Origin: Tubiluchus corallicola
Lineage: Eukaryota; Animalia; Priapulida
NCBI GenBank assembly: GCA_030141605.1
Contig: JAQGDQ010000021.1
Span: 868,001-932,000, forward strand
Direction of reading: 5' to 3'
Length of the DNA: 64,000 nt
The position numbers and the translations under genes were made by a program. The notes under the pieces were generated by a model. That model did not search any database and was not told where the DNA came from. It saw only the letters and a program-made list of their open reading frames with translations. Of the stretch, positions 25,212 to 37,500 are shown in pieces (the first letter of the stretch is position 1; the number at the start of each line of letters is the position of its first letter).

Positions 25212-25721
25212 ATAACAGTCGCTTTGGCAATTATGCAGTATCTTGGATACTGGATAGTATTATGAAGACTGTGTAAGAACAAGCTCCGTGTTATATTTAC
25301 ATACTTACGGAGTATAACAGTCGCTTTGGCAGTTATGCAGTATCTTGGATACTGGATAGTATTATGAAGACTGTGTAAGAACAAGCTCCGTGTTATATTT
25401 ACATACTTACGGAGTATAACAGTCGCTTTGGCAATTATGCAGTATCTTGGATACTGGATAGTATTATGAAGACTGTGTAAGAACAAGCTCCGTGTTATAT
25501 TTACATACTTACGGAGTATAACAGTCGCTTAGGCAATTATGCAGTATCTTGGATACTGGATAGTATTATGAAGACTGTGTAAGAACAAGCTCCGTGTTAT
25601 ATTTACATACTTACGGAGTATAACAGTCGCTTTGGCAGTTATGCAGTATCTTGGATACTGGATAGTATTATGAAGACTGTGTAAGAACAAGCTCTATGTT
25701 ATATTAACGTACTTACGGAGT
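25212..25721. repeat. 102-bp tandem repeat, 5 near-identical copies
   Basis: Unit ATAACAGTCGCTTTGGCA...TACTTACGGAGT starts at 25212, 25314, 25416, 25518 and 25620. Confidence 0.95.
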
Positions 25722-25951
25722 AAAACAAGCTGATCACAATCAGTCATTCCAGTGCGAAGGTCAAAAAATATAGGCGTCCAATTCACTTTAACATAACTAT
25801 GACACTGACACAGTAAAGATAAGAGAAATAAAGGATAATATGATAATTTTCAAATTGTCAAAAGCTTTAAGTATTTTACTTTTCAATATGTTAAATCATG
25901 CCAAATTGTAGCACATTCTGTGCACTTTACAGAACAGTAGCACAGCGAAGT

Positions 25952-26532
25952 TTAAAGAAAAACAAGATAATTTTTCAATATGCTACCCTATTCTGAAGTA
26001 CACTAAAGAACACACATTTTAACACATATAATAATGGTAAAGTGTTTCTGATAACTAAATAATAGCTTAAAAACTTAATTAACGACAGAAACAGGACCAA
26101 GCGATGATGTCAAAACAGAAAATAATTTTCAACAGCACGAATATTCAACGAGCATGTTGCACGTGCTGGCGAAACCGAAAATTGAGTACTATGCTACTGT
26201 ACGACACTGATTGTGGTACAGAAAACCTCGACGAATTTAAAAATTAAAAAATTTAAATTTCAAGTTTACCGCCGTGTCATCATGCGACTTTAATATAAAA
26301 GTGTGCTACGCCAGAGCTGAACTGAAAAGTGTTTTTAGTATCGAGATGCAGGCGCTCCATGTAATGAATGGCGAAATGCATGTAACAGGGCGCGAACGTG
26401 AAATTAAACTTCCGTGGTAATAATTCTTTCACGTAAGTCACTCTTAAAACAACAATTATGTTCTCTTTCAATATGATTATACACTAGATTATTTTGAGCT
26501 ACAGTTTAAGGTTGCGTCCTGTTATCCTTTAA
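25952..26532 (+). mobile_element. Kolobok-like MITE family B, near full length
   Basis: TTAA-AGAAAAACAAGA...TCCTGTTATCCT-TTAA imperfect TIRs; colinear with 27470-27960 and 56596-57240. Confidence 0.7.
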
Positions 26533-27469
26533 TTAGCTGATTTCCTGCCTTGATAAGCGATTTTTTCACATTCATTTGACTGCTGATAAAAGACAAGGAT
26601 ATCGATTTCTGTTGCTCTGCGCTTTAATTTGAGTGAGATAAGTTTATATTTGGGCTTTAATTGCTTATTTGAGTGTCACACTGCAACTTACATATGTCAT
26701 TTGGAAAACTAAGGGCCTGTCACGCGTAGATTAAAATGAACGTTTTTTGACTTGTGCCTTAATACGTAAACTTTCTAATTAAAATTCGTATGACATTTAA
26801 ATAAAATGAACATAAAACTACTCACGTACGGACAAGCTGCGTAATTAATTGGCGTCCTTTTCACATAAGTGGCGACTGCGTAAGCCTGCTTGTTACTTAA
26901 ATACATTTTAACCATTAACTAATTGTTTTTAATTGACTTATGTTCACTGACGTGCCAAAAAAGTCGAGTGTTTAAGAATGTTAAACTATTATCATCCACA
27001 ACAAGCCATGTTAAGGCTAAACAAATATTTAAGGCATGGATTGCTGATTAATAAGATGAAGCATGTCTTCAAAAACCTATAAAGGCCCGCAAGACAAAAA
27101 TGTTCATTTCATAAGCGCACAGTGCATGCACTGAAGTTTGACTAAACATAATGGCAGTTTTTATTCGTGTAAATTAGCGAGTGCCACAAGGGGTTTTTCC
27201 ATGAAAAACAGAACTGGAAAATTGTGTGTTATTCCCATAGCGACTTATATGTAATTACTATCTTAACACTTAACAGTTACTCGTTATATACGATAATGCA
27301 GAGGGAAAAATGAAAGCATTATCAACGAGGCTGACGCCATTTATTGGAATATTCCCATATGGAAAGTAAGAAATCGCGCGGTATGGTCCACATTACAGCA
27401 GTTGAACTAACACTTTCGAAGGGGACGGTGGTGTGCATTTGCATAAGAATGCTTAAGACAGTTACTTAA

Positions 27470-27960
27470 GAATAATAGGTTAGAAACTTAATTAACGGAC
27501 GGCAAGCCGAACTAGTGAGAACATCACAACCGAGCATAATTTTCAGCAGCAGAAATATTCTACGAGCGAACTGCATGTTGTATTGCGAACGCGAAATTGA
27601 AGTACAGTGGCAATGTACAGCACTCAACTAGGCGAATTTTAAATTTAAAAATTTAAAGTTCAAGTTTACCGCTGTGTCGAATGTATTCACTACATCACAA
27701 TTGAACTGAGAGGTGCAGCACCAATGTTTTTTATGCAAAGCGTGTCCAGATGCAGGCATTACTCGCCAACTAACTACACGTGGCTAAGAGCAAAATGCAC
27801 GCAACAGCGAGGAACTAGCCGCGCGAACGCGAAATTACATTTCTGTGGCAATAACTCTTTCGCGTTAAGTCATTCTTGAAAAAAGTATGTTCCCTTTCAA
27901 TATTTCACGGGGTAGACTGTTTTGAGCTACAGTTTAACACGGGACCCGGTTCTCCTTTAA
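27470..27960 (+). mobile_element. MITE family B copy
   Basis: Shares AAAAATTTAAA.TTCAAGTTTACCGC and TTTTGAGCTACAGTTTAA...CCTTTAA with 25952-26532. Confidence 0.7.
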
Positions 27961-28479
27961 TCTAAAAATACATACCTGCATTATGTTAGCAAAAAGTGTA
28001 ATATTGCAATAAGCGGAAACGGCCACTCGGTACAACAAAAATGTAATCCATTTAATTGTGAATTTCTCGGAGCATCACAGTTAAAAGTGCAGCTTACACG
28101 ATAGGCGCCCCTCGGATCATATATTACATGTATTACTTATACTGTGCGGTCAACATTGATAATATTAACCATATACTTAATTAAACTGTTGCTCTCAACC
28201 AAAATGTCAAAGAATCGGCCACTATTAACCAGGCAATTACAGTCAAGTGTCACAATATTAAATGGTTTGGTAAAGAGTGCGGTGAAGTATTTGCAAATAA
28301 CTTTTCGTGTGTGAAACTGCGGTTAATTCCGTGCAGGGTGGAACAATGCACGTCAAGAAAAAGGCAACGTAGGTCAAACTAAAAATAAAAATCATTTTTT
28401 CAATCTCAGAAATTCGAAAGTTGGACTAATGTGAATTATTACTGATGATTATTTTTTAAAAGCAATTTAAAAAGGATGC

Positions 28480-28962
28480 AGTAGAAGAGTGAAGTATCAA
28501 GCAAAACTGATAACAATTTAACATCAGAACATCAGACGCTCTCCGTTCATGCACAGTGAATTGAAACTTAGAATGCTCAAAAATTCCAACCGGTTTCGCT
28601 CCAGACAGACCATCTTCAGGTCCTAAACTAATCTTCAAACCATCTTCAGGTCCAGAGTTAATTTACACAGCAAATTTGACAAACAGGGACAAAATTGTAA
28701 ATTAAAGAGAATTTTACAGCAACAATCAATCAAACAAATTTTTCTACATTCTTTAAATGATTCTGCTTCCAAAAACGTAATAAGGTTTGATTGTTCATCT
28801 TTTATGCTGTAAAACCCTGTACCACTTACAATTTCGTCTTTGTTTGTCAAATCATCATGTATATTACTGTAAGTACTGTTTAACACTGTTAGTCATTTCA
28901 GGCCCTGAAATGGCCCGGCTTGACCGAAACCGGCTGGCAATATAATGAATTCTGAATAAATT
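28480..28962. mobile_element. Penelope-like retroelement remnant with inverted terminal segments carrying hammerhead-like cores
   Basis: Minus 28622-28586: CCTGAAGATGGTC...GCGAAACCGGTTGG. Plus 28901-28939: GCCCTGAAATGGCC...GACCGAAACCGGCTGGC, then AATAAA. Fold-back junction CATTTCAGG-C-CCTGAAATG near 28902. Left boundary approximate. Confidence 0.6.
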
Positions 28963-31039
28963 TTTCCTACTTGTATAATTACGCAATTATTACGCAATGC
29001 AAATTTTATTCAATTAGTAAAATTATTCCATTGAAAAGTATCGGGCTGTAAAATTCAATCCAAAATATTGTCTATAAGAGTTATAAGAGTTCATCTATAA
29101 AACCAAAATCTTTTTATGCACAATGCATATATTTCTTTACAGTAGGCAGTTTTACAAGTTTTTCTAATGTATTTTCAAAGGAGAACTGTACAATCACTGA
29201 AACTCGATTGATTTAAATTTGCAGTCTACTTATTGCTTACTTAGTCAGATGCGGGAGCGTCTTCAGAGTTGTCTTGTCGCAACAAAAAAGCTTTCACTAA
29301 GTTCGTAAGTTAACGTGCGTCTAATCAAAACACCGGGGACGAAAGTGCTAAAAACCTATTCTTCGATGCTGGCTGGTAATTTGTTAGCAAGAGACATCAG
29401 AGTTAAAGTCAAAAAACATCTTAACAGCGGAGTGTTTGCTTACAAAAATCAATTCCTATTAACGGACGTCAATTATTATTGGGATTTGACAGGCTGTAAT
29501 GTAAAATCGCAAGTTTTGAAGACTGTATGACTAGTGAGTTGAATGTTTACATAGAGTCACATTAAAATTATCAAAATATCGCCTGCTGGTGAAAGCAAAT
29601 TTTACATCTTGAGGGTCCCCCTCATTCCAGTGTCAAGGCTGAGATGTCGATGCTGCGAAGTTTCTTTTGAATTTTATTTTGGATTATTATCTTTAGCACA
29701 GATTGATTCTTTCCAATTTACTGATCTTCACAAATTTGCCAAAATCCACACTCATCTGCAATTAACTAACTAGTTTAACCTGCAGCCAAACGTGAAAACG
29801 TGATAAGTTAACTCTTATAGGCGTTCAACTCTCATTGACTTCTCCTGGCATATGCTTCGGTGCATCACTGCCAAAATGCACAGTACTGTGTGCTGTAAAA
29901 GCTGGTATGCTAGCCGAAAGAGTAGCAGAGCACAAACCAATCAACAGCTAACAAATACTCACCCTTAATTATTCTTTGACAAATAATGACGGGTTTCTTT
30001 GATATTCGCTGTAAATTTGTTTGAGAGTTCATCAGCAATTAAGTTCTCATTCTTCGTTACGACCACATAGCATTTCTAACATCATTATAATTATTGAATC
30101 GATGCCAGCCGCCTTTTAATAGCAGCACCGTAAACATCACAGTCGCCGCATAAACAACCTACAGCTAATGATGATGTAGAGCACGCAAAACAGCGTGCAG
30201 GAAGAAATTATCTATGGCTGTAAAGCAATTAGATAAACTCGAAACCATGAAACATTTAAGGCGGTTGAATTTGTGACACGAACAAGCTGCAGCTTGAACG
30301 ACTGCAAAAACAGGACAAATGTTTGCAGAAAAACTGAACAAAATTGCTATGAATTGGGAAATTTTACATGCATAAATTTGTTTACGAAAATGTGTACCAT
30401 TTGTCTCTTTTCTTTGTATTTGTTTGGCGATTGCAAAATGACGCACGCGAACACTTTTCAAGTCACAAATATTTATGCACGTGAACATTTTTCACGGTAG
30501 ACCTACACATTTTTATTTTTTTAGGCCGGAAAAATTCGAATAAAAAACAGATCCACATTAGAAGCAAAAGATGTGGCGAAGTTTTAAGGCTTTTAAGTTT
30601 ATTTTCTCGAATCCCAAATCAAACAATCAGGCGTAATTGCTCAAGTAGTTTCTAGCTGGCAGTAACACTCGAAAAGCAGCCTACACGATTTATAATGCGA
30701 CTTTATTACGTCTGTAAGTTTAGATTAGTTCAGCTAAAAAGCCACAATGGCAACTCATGAAAGTATAATAGCTAAACGGAAAGTATATGGCACTGGCAGA
30801 ACATATCAGTTATTGTTTAGTACTGATGAACACGAGCTTCTTGTAAGTGAGCCAATGAGCGACCATGATACTTGTGACGGTTACTAAGGTAATACCTGCA
30901 AATGAGTGTTAACGTCGACGAGCTTATTTTGCAAATTTCCGGCATGTTAAAACGATAGCTACAGCACAAAATCTTAACCCAGTTTGGAATACGGTAAAAA
31001 GTATACATTTTAACAACTACAATAATGCAAAGCGTTTTT

Positions 31040-31418
31040 GATAATAAAATAGTAGGTTAATAATTTAATTAACGGATGGTGAGTGGCATGGCGTCACAAC
31101 TAAGCATAATTTTCAACATCACAAATATTCCAAGAGCGTGTTTCACACATCCGTATTAGCTAATTTTTTGTATAAAAAACTACTGTACTTTCGACGGAAA
31201 TTGACAGTGCGCTGCTTTTCTTTAATCGATAAATGACGTCACTGGTGGAAGAATGGGCGTTCAAAATTAGAATGCCCAAGCGTGAAATGATCGTGACTTT
31301 AAAGTTGTTTTACTAGTTACACGAGGCGCTTATCACACTACGGTACTGTTACCAAACCCTTATAACATTTTTCACGAAAATTGAAATAAGACTAACTTTC
31401 AGAATTCTTTTCCCTTAA
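31040..31418 (+). mobile_element. Composite MITE fragment (family B part joined to family A right end)
   Basis: 31040-31140 resembles 27470-27570; 31150-31418 resembles 10200-10462 and ends TTTTCCCTTAA. Confidence 0.5.
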
Positions 31419-31578
31419 TCTGCATATCTATTTCGGCTTAAAGCTGTAACAGCATGTTTGTGCATACATTCCCTAAACAGGCTGCATATGTGCCCGTTAC
31501 AACACACTTTTGACAAATTTAGTAAACCACGATAAACAAAAAAAAAACAATAATTGTGTTGAAGGTTTGAAATCTTAC

Positions 31579-31895
31579 CTGGACAATGTAGCAGGTGAAG
31601 GTACAAGACGGCGTCGCTGGGACTTTCTTGTTTTCTTTTGAAACATGAACGATCGTCCTCTTGGACGAACAACGTAATAAGGAACGGAAGTTTTATGTCG
31701 CAAATATGATCTAACAACACTCCTACTGCTATGTCTATTATCCACAGTATCAGTTCGAAAGTCACCATCTTTGCAAACTGCAGTAGCAACATCCGAAGCC
31801 TGCACGAGGCTATAGCCAATGGAACTTGTCATCTTCCTGGACGATTTAGAACAGCAATGTTTCGAGGCACACAGCTTGGCCCAGAATGCTCCCAT
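31579..31895 (-). CDS. Putative alternative first coding exon (MGAFWAKLC...SPATLS-R), phase-2 donor
   Basis: ATG at 31895, 105 open codons ending exactly at the strong donor TCCAG|GTAAGA; same phase (AG|gt, Arg) as the 40329 exon; locally higher GC content. Confidence 0.5.
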
Positions 31896-32894
31896 AACAC
31901 GTCATCGCTGTACTTGCCAACAGCAAATATTTACAAATCATAAAATGTCCGTAGCTTAATAGCAGTTGTAGTTAAACCGTGAAAAACAAGTAGGGGTCGC
32001 AAAGTACAAATCATTTACAATCAAACGAGGTATGCATGCACACAAATCAAAATTTATGCACCAGAATGCTTTGCGGTTAATAATGAGTTTTACCAACTAA
32101 CACAAAACTAGCGAAGCAAAGTACAGCACTCTAGTCACATAATCCCTGCTGTACATGGAACACTGGTATAGAAAGGTGCGTTCCGGAAATAGTTTCTAGG
32201 TTCAAGGATTTTACGGTTGTGCGACTAGCATAATTTTATAATCGTCAAAATTAAGAGCAAAAATTACGAGCGCGTGAAAGCATTAAGTACGTGTAATCCT
32301 CGAAACTGTATGGAGTAGCAAATTTCACTGCAATAATGAATTACATTGCACAACGAACTTTGGAATATTGCGAGATTATCATATTAACGCTTGACAAATG
32401 ACCATGCAGGTCTGAACTGGACTTAATATACTGCTATAGATAAAAGATATTAATCCAAAGGCTCAAAATGGAATGTATATGACGCCCCTCATGTTCTGAG
32501 ATTCATCGTTCATGATGAAATGTATGCAAAATGAAAGTAATCATAGACTATAGACTATTGGCACACTCTTTGATAGTACTTAACAGTTAAGTTACAAATG
32601 TAATATTACGCAATAGTAAAATTTCTAATTGCAGTACCACTGGCATTCTACTGTGTTGTGTGAAAAATATTGGGTGCACAATGTGGGATCGAAGTTAAAA
32701 TGCGTTTTTCATAACTAAAAATAAATACATAGTTATAAAATGCTTAGACTACAAGTAGGTCTAACTAATTTATAACTTGCTGTGGAAAAAGTTTCATTCA
32801 ATGAAACTTCAATTCTAAACAATCAAGGTAAACAAATTAGGAATTTTACCTTTGTTGTAGTGGAGGGCACTGTAGCGACAACAAAAATAGACAC

Positions 32895-33310
32895 TTAAAG
32901 GGGAAGAAAGGGTAATTTTAAAGAACTTTCCATACAAAGTTATATTACCCATATAAAAGACATATCTAACTGGAAACGAAAATATTCGTGCCACCACCAT
33001 ACAAGGATGCATCACTGATTCGCCAAAAATACATTATCGAAATTAATTGAAATTTTTCCTAAGTTAGTGAAGTGAACCTACGAACGCTCTGATTTTTTTT
33101 CAAGCTTTACGCAATGTTATTTCTAAACTTGTTTCAAACGTCTTACTGTTGAAATGGCTGCTAACGGCCATCGCAGGAGTTTAAATTTACTAGTTTTACA
33201 TAGCGTTACTGCTAACGCAAGTCTTGTATCCAATAAGACAGCCTGTAAGTGATGCAAAATTTCAAGATAAATTTTTAAGCTTTATTTATGAAGTGTTTTC
33301 TTGTACTTTA
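32895..33310 (+). mobile_element. MITE family C copy
   Basis: TTAA-AGGGGAAGAAAGGG...GTGTTTTCTTGTACTTTAG. Confidence 0.7.
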
Positions 33311-33978
33311 GTCACTGCTGTTTGCTAAATGACTCTACACTTTTCACATAAAAACGTTATTTGCACAGAGTCGTAATATGACACTAATAGCCCTCTAACT
33401 GTAATAATTTCCAGTTTTTTAACGCCTAATAAGTAATAACAACAGCATTGCTCAATTCTTGCACAGAAATTCACAGCAGGCTTCCCAACAAGAATTCATA
33501 TGACAATGATAACGTATAATTACATAACATTATCAAGTCTTGAATCTCAGTTATGATTTTAATTTAAAAATAAGCAGTATGCAAAGATGAAATATTTATG
33601 TACAAATATATTAGTCGTGTACTTAGCCACTTTATTTTCTGCATTAAAAATTAAACTTCGCGAGTTTTCCACGTATTCCCGTCTCTTACAAAAATACGAA
33701 AACTAATATCACTTTGGAAAAGGCCGGAGAAATTTATACAGCGCATTTTTCACTGTAGGAAAGAGAAATCCTTTAGGGTAAACTCGAATTGCAAATTTCA
33801 TCAGCGAATATGTTTCTGTTCGCAATTATATGTCAATACATCATTAAAAAGACCCATTCATATTGTATGTTTTTGATGAACCAATGTAATAACGTTGCCT
33901 CCTGAAACATGGTTGCTGTTGTCTTTCATCTTGGAAGAGATGGGGGCAATTTTTGTTTCTCATTTTATTTCTGAAAGA

Positions 33979-34053
<75 letters not shown>

Positions 34054-34500
34054 TCAGACATATGAAGTCCCTTAAAACAAGAACAAAAATAAGGCACAAG
34101 CAAAAACACTCAAAGTTTACAGAAAACATAGCAGGAGAATGTTAGTTAGAAATGGCATATAAGATTCTTTGCAATGACTTCAAAATGTTCTATCTAAAAA
34201 GTGGATCAGAATTGTACAGCAAGCTATTAATAACAATATTCTGACTCAAGAACTACCTACTATTGAAACTAAACACAGCTTTTCAATGTATGCAGGAAAA
34301 CTAGGTACATTGTAGCTAATATATATTTGACCTACACTACAGCGACTAGAAGGATTAAGCATATCTTTTTGGAACACAATATAAGCATTTGCTCTTAAGA
34401 GAGCTATAACAAATTCCGTTTTCTAAAGCAAAATTTTCACGTATATTTAGCAGATATTGAAACTGGGGAATAGAAACAGCAAAACACAAAAGCCATCAGC
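33979..34500 (-). mobile_element. Decayed RTE-X-like LINE 3' end with (TAA)n tail
   Basis: Frameshifted minus translation ..SRCSVGQIYISYNVPSFPAYI/KAVFSFNSR*FLSQNIVINSLL.. resembles RTE-X ORF2 C-termini as recalled; ends in (TAA)n at 33979-34032. Confidence 0.55.
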
Positions 34501-37500
34501 ATAATCTAAATGATTTAAAGCAGCACATGGCGCAACGATTAACCATTACGACGTAACCTCGATCCTAACTCCCAAGTGCAGGGAATACTGACGGGCTAGT
34601 AAGCTTGGCATTAAGAGGGTTTCAGACAAATAAAACTATATACACAAGTAAAGAGGAATAAACGTCTGTGGGTCTTAATGAAATCTTGTTTGGATTTCTG
34701 ACTTTAATGCTTGTATGAATTTGAATAAAAATAACTGCACAACACGAAATTAACGTTATTAGCACTAAAAACAAAACATAACTCATTAGGAAGGAACCAT
34801 CAGGGATTCATCGGGGCAATTTCAGATTTTGGCCAATCACGTTTCGTCAAAAGGAAAAAAGAACCCTTTTCGTCATAAGCGGTAAAGTATGAGTTTGTTG
34901 GTTTTAGATGAACAATAGCAACAAAAAAGTATTCAGAGAGTTCGAAGCCAAACACCCAAACATTAGACTCAGTAGATGCTGACGTTTTTCATTGTTCTTC
35001 AGAATCATCTTCTATGTGCTTCACTGCAAGGCAGTGCGGTTCTTAAAACATAATATTACTGCGTCTAGGTATGCAGTAATCCGTGACCGGATAATCCGCT
35101 GACGTAGACACAGTGGCGGAAACTTTCTGAAAGTCATCAACGACAACAACTGTCGTATTTCCGACTGGTTCGCACACGGCAGCAGGAGAGGCGGTGTTCT
35201 GTGACTCATCATCCATCATTTTAGTGCAATCGATTATCGATTAAACCTCGTCATGCTACGCGCAATTTGTTTTTTCAATTCATCTTCAACGCGGACCGTC
35301 TCGTCTGAGGGCTATTGATACCAACCTACAGGCGGCTTGAGATGATGAAGAGTTAAAACGATCTTCAAGTTTCTATGCGCTAGCAAAGTGAACAGTTTTG
35401 TCTACGCGCATTTGTATCGATCTAGTGCACGCTTTCACAAACATTCCGTCCGGCTTGGAGATGTAATAATTGCTATCTCTAGCTCTCTCACGTTCAATTT
35501 GTTTTGATATTAGTAAAAACCCCGACTTTCGTCCCATTCGTAGGCATACATTCATAATAAATTTTCTCCTTATAAATAATTTGAAAAATACAAATTTTGT
35601 GTGCGGAAATAACTTCACTTATCAAACGAAAATGATTACCGAACAAAGGGCTTCAGTAATTTAATGAATAACTGGCATATCGCTTTCATTCATTACCAAT
35701 AGATGACGCTAAGGCTCTCATTAACTCTATCATTAACCAAACTGTCATGCCATCTATATTCGAATCAAGGCAACACAACTTACTTCTGCAAACTTTTTCA
35801 AGTCGATAAGGCTTACAACTAAAGTATCAATCAAATAATATTTTGTAAACAAACGAAAACGTAATTCGACACCACTAATGTTTCCACAGTTTTCCAGTTT
35901 CTTTTCGACTTGGTGGCCTAATCCATCACCGTGTGACGTGTCAGTTTCAAATTGGCAAGAATGGAATTCCCATTTACCCTGACAAGTTAAATTGCTGCTA
36001 AGTCATAAATTTTATCAACGAATTTTCACAAGATTTCGTTATTATCGAAACCATACATTCAGTGTGACAAATGAAAAAGCTGGTAATCTTCGTCTATTCA
36101 ACAGTGGATTCTCTTCTGTTATTTAGTCACATCAAAGTGGGTTATTAATGGCGGCGAGCAGCAGGTGCTCTTGTCTCAGCAGTTGACGTATCTAAAATCT
36201 TTGGCAAAGGCAGAAATAAATTGGACCCGAAGGAAGTCATTTCCCAAGAAATTACGTCTTCAAAATAAGAACCAAATGCGGACATAATGAACAATCAAGT
36301 TGGCCATTTTGGCAGCAGGTATTATGGTATTATACTGATAGAATCCTTGATGAGATCACTGAGTCCTAATGAGTACTATACGGAACGTTTGTAATCCAAA
36401 ATTGGGCTACATATGTTACAATCGAAAGACATTTGCCGGGTGGAGCAGAAAAAATGTGCCGTAGTTTAGACTACAAAAAGAATAGAAGCGAATGCTCTCA
36501 TACAAAGTTGAAATTTCACGGCGTGACATTGCAATAGATTCATTTTTGGCTTTTAAGGTTACAAGTTTATAGTGTTAGTATAGTTTAAGTATTGACCGAG
36601 AAACTTTTGCAAAGTAAAAAATTAAATACCGGAACAACGTCAGCCAATCATCAACTGCAAAACAGTCACGTTTTGTGACATGGAGCAATAAAATAAAAAA
36701 TAAACTAGTTTCATCGTGGTCACCGCAAAAATGAATTACTGAAAAATTTTTGCTGCCAAGAAACAAAACGGGATTTAATCCTTTGGATTCGGTATCGGAA
36801 ATGACCTTAAAGGTAAAGTGTATGTAATATGGCCGCACAAGCCTGTTTGATGCAGAGGAACTACAGGCAGAAATTGTTGAGTTCTGGGACCAAATACAGC
36901 TTAAAGAAGTGAGTAACTGTGTCACTGTTGGAAGAAACGCCTTCTTTTAGTTTGCAGTGAAAATGACGACTTACTGTAAAATTTAGCAACAATGACACAA
37001 TTTTTTCCCGCATTTAGTTTTTTGACTTGTTGTTTTAAAACTTCTGTATCTTTAGAAAAATCTAAGGAATGACTTAAAATTTTTGGTGCTTACACACAAA
37101 GCGCATTCCCTTTGGCAATTTTCGCTGGATTCCATTGTTTTCTTGCTGTAACATGGTGATAAAGAGTTCGATACACTTTTTTGCGCAACCTGATAGAAGA
37201 AGGATTGTATTCTGAATGTTAACAGCGTCAAAGTTTGCATTATAATTCATAATCCGAGTAGTAGAAGTCAATGGATGATCATCATATGTCCGTTACGTCA
37301 ATTGTAGATTGAGCACGCGGAATTCTAAAACAAAATAAATCCGCACTCAAGACATGTAAACACAGCAATAATTCAGCAAAAAAAAAACTAGACCTGCTAT
37401 GTCCGTGGCTTGTCAGTATACCACTTCCGTTTTCCTGAATTTCTCATTGAAGGATTATGATTAGCATTAGTTTAGCGAGGTAGGAAATCTTCGGCTAAAT

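Noticed and set aside
25172-25486. Repeat-protein ORF or CRISPR-like array
   Set aside because: A simple 102-bp tandem repeat with no spacers and no ATG start; eukaryotic context.
29957-30035. Minus-strand MNSQTNLQR...IIK-G with a GTGAGT donor (similarly MSSIRT near 45736-45754)
   Set aside because: Phase 1, short and with no recognisable homology; may be UTR exons or chance.
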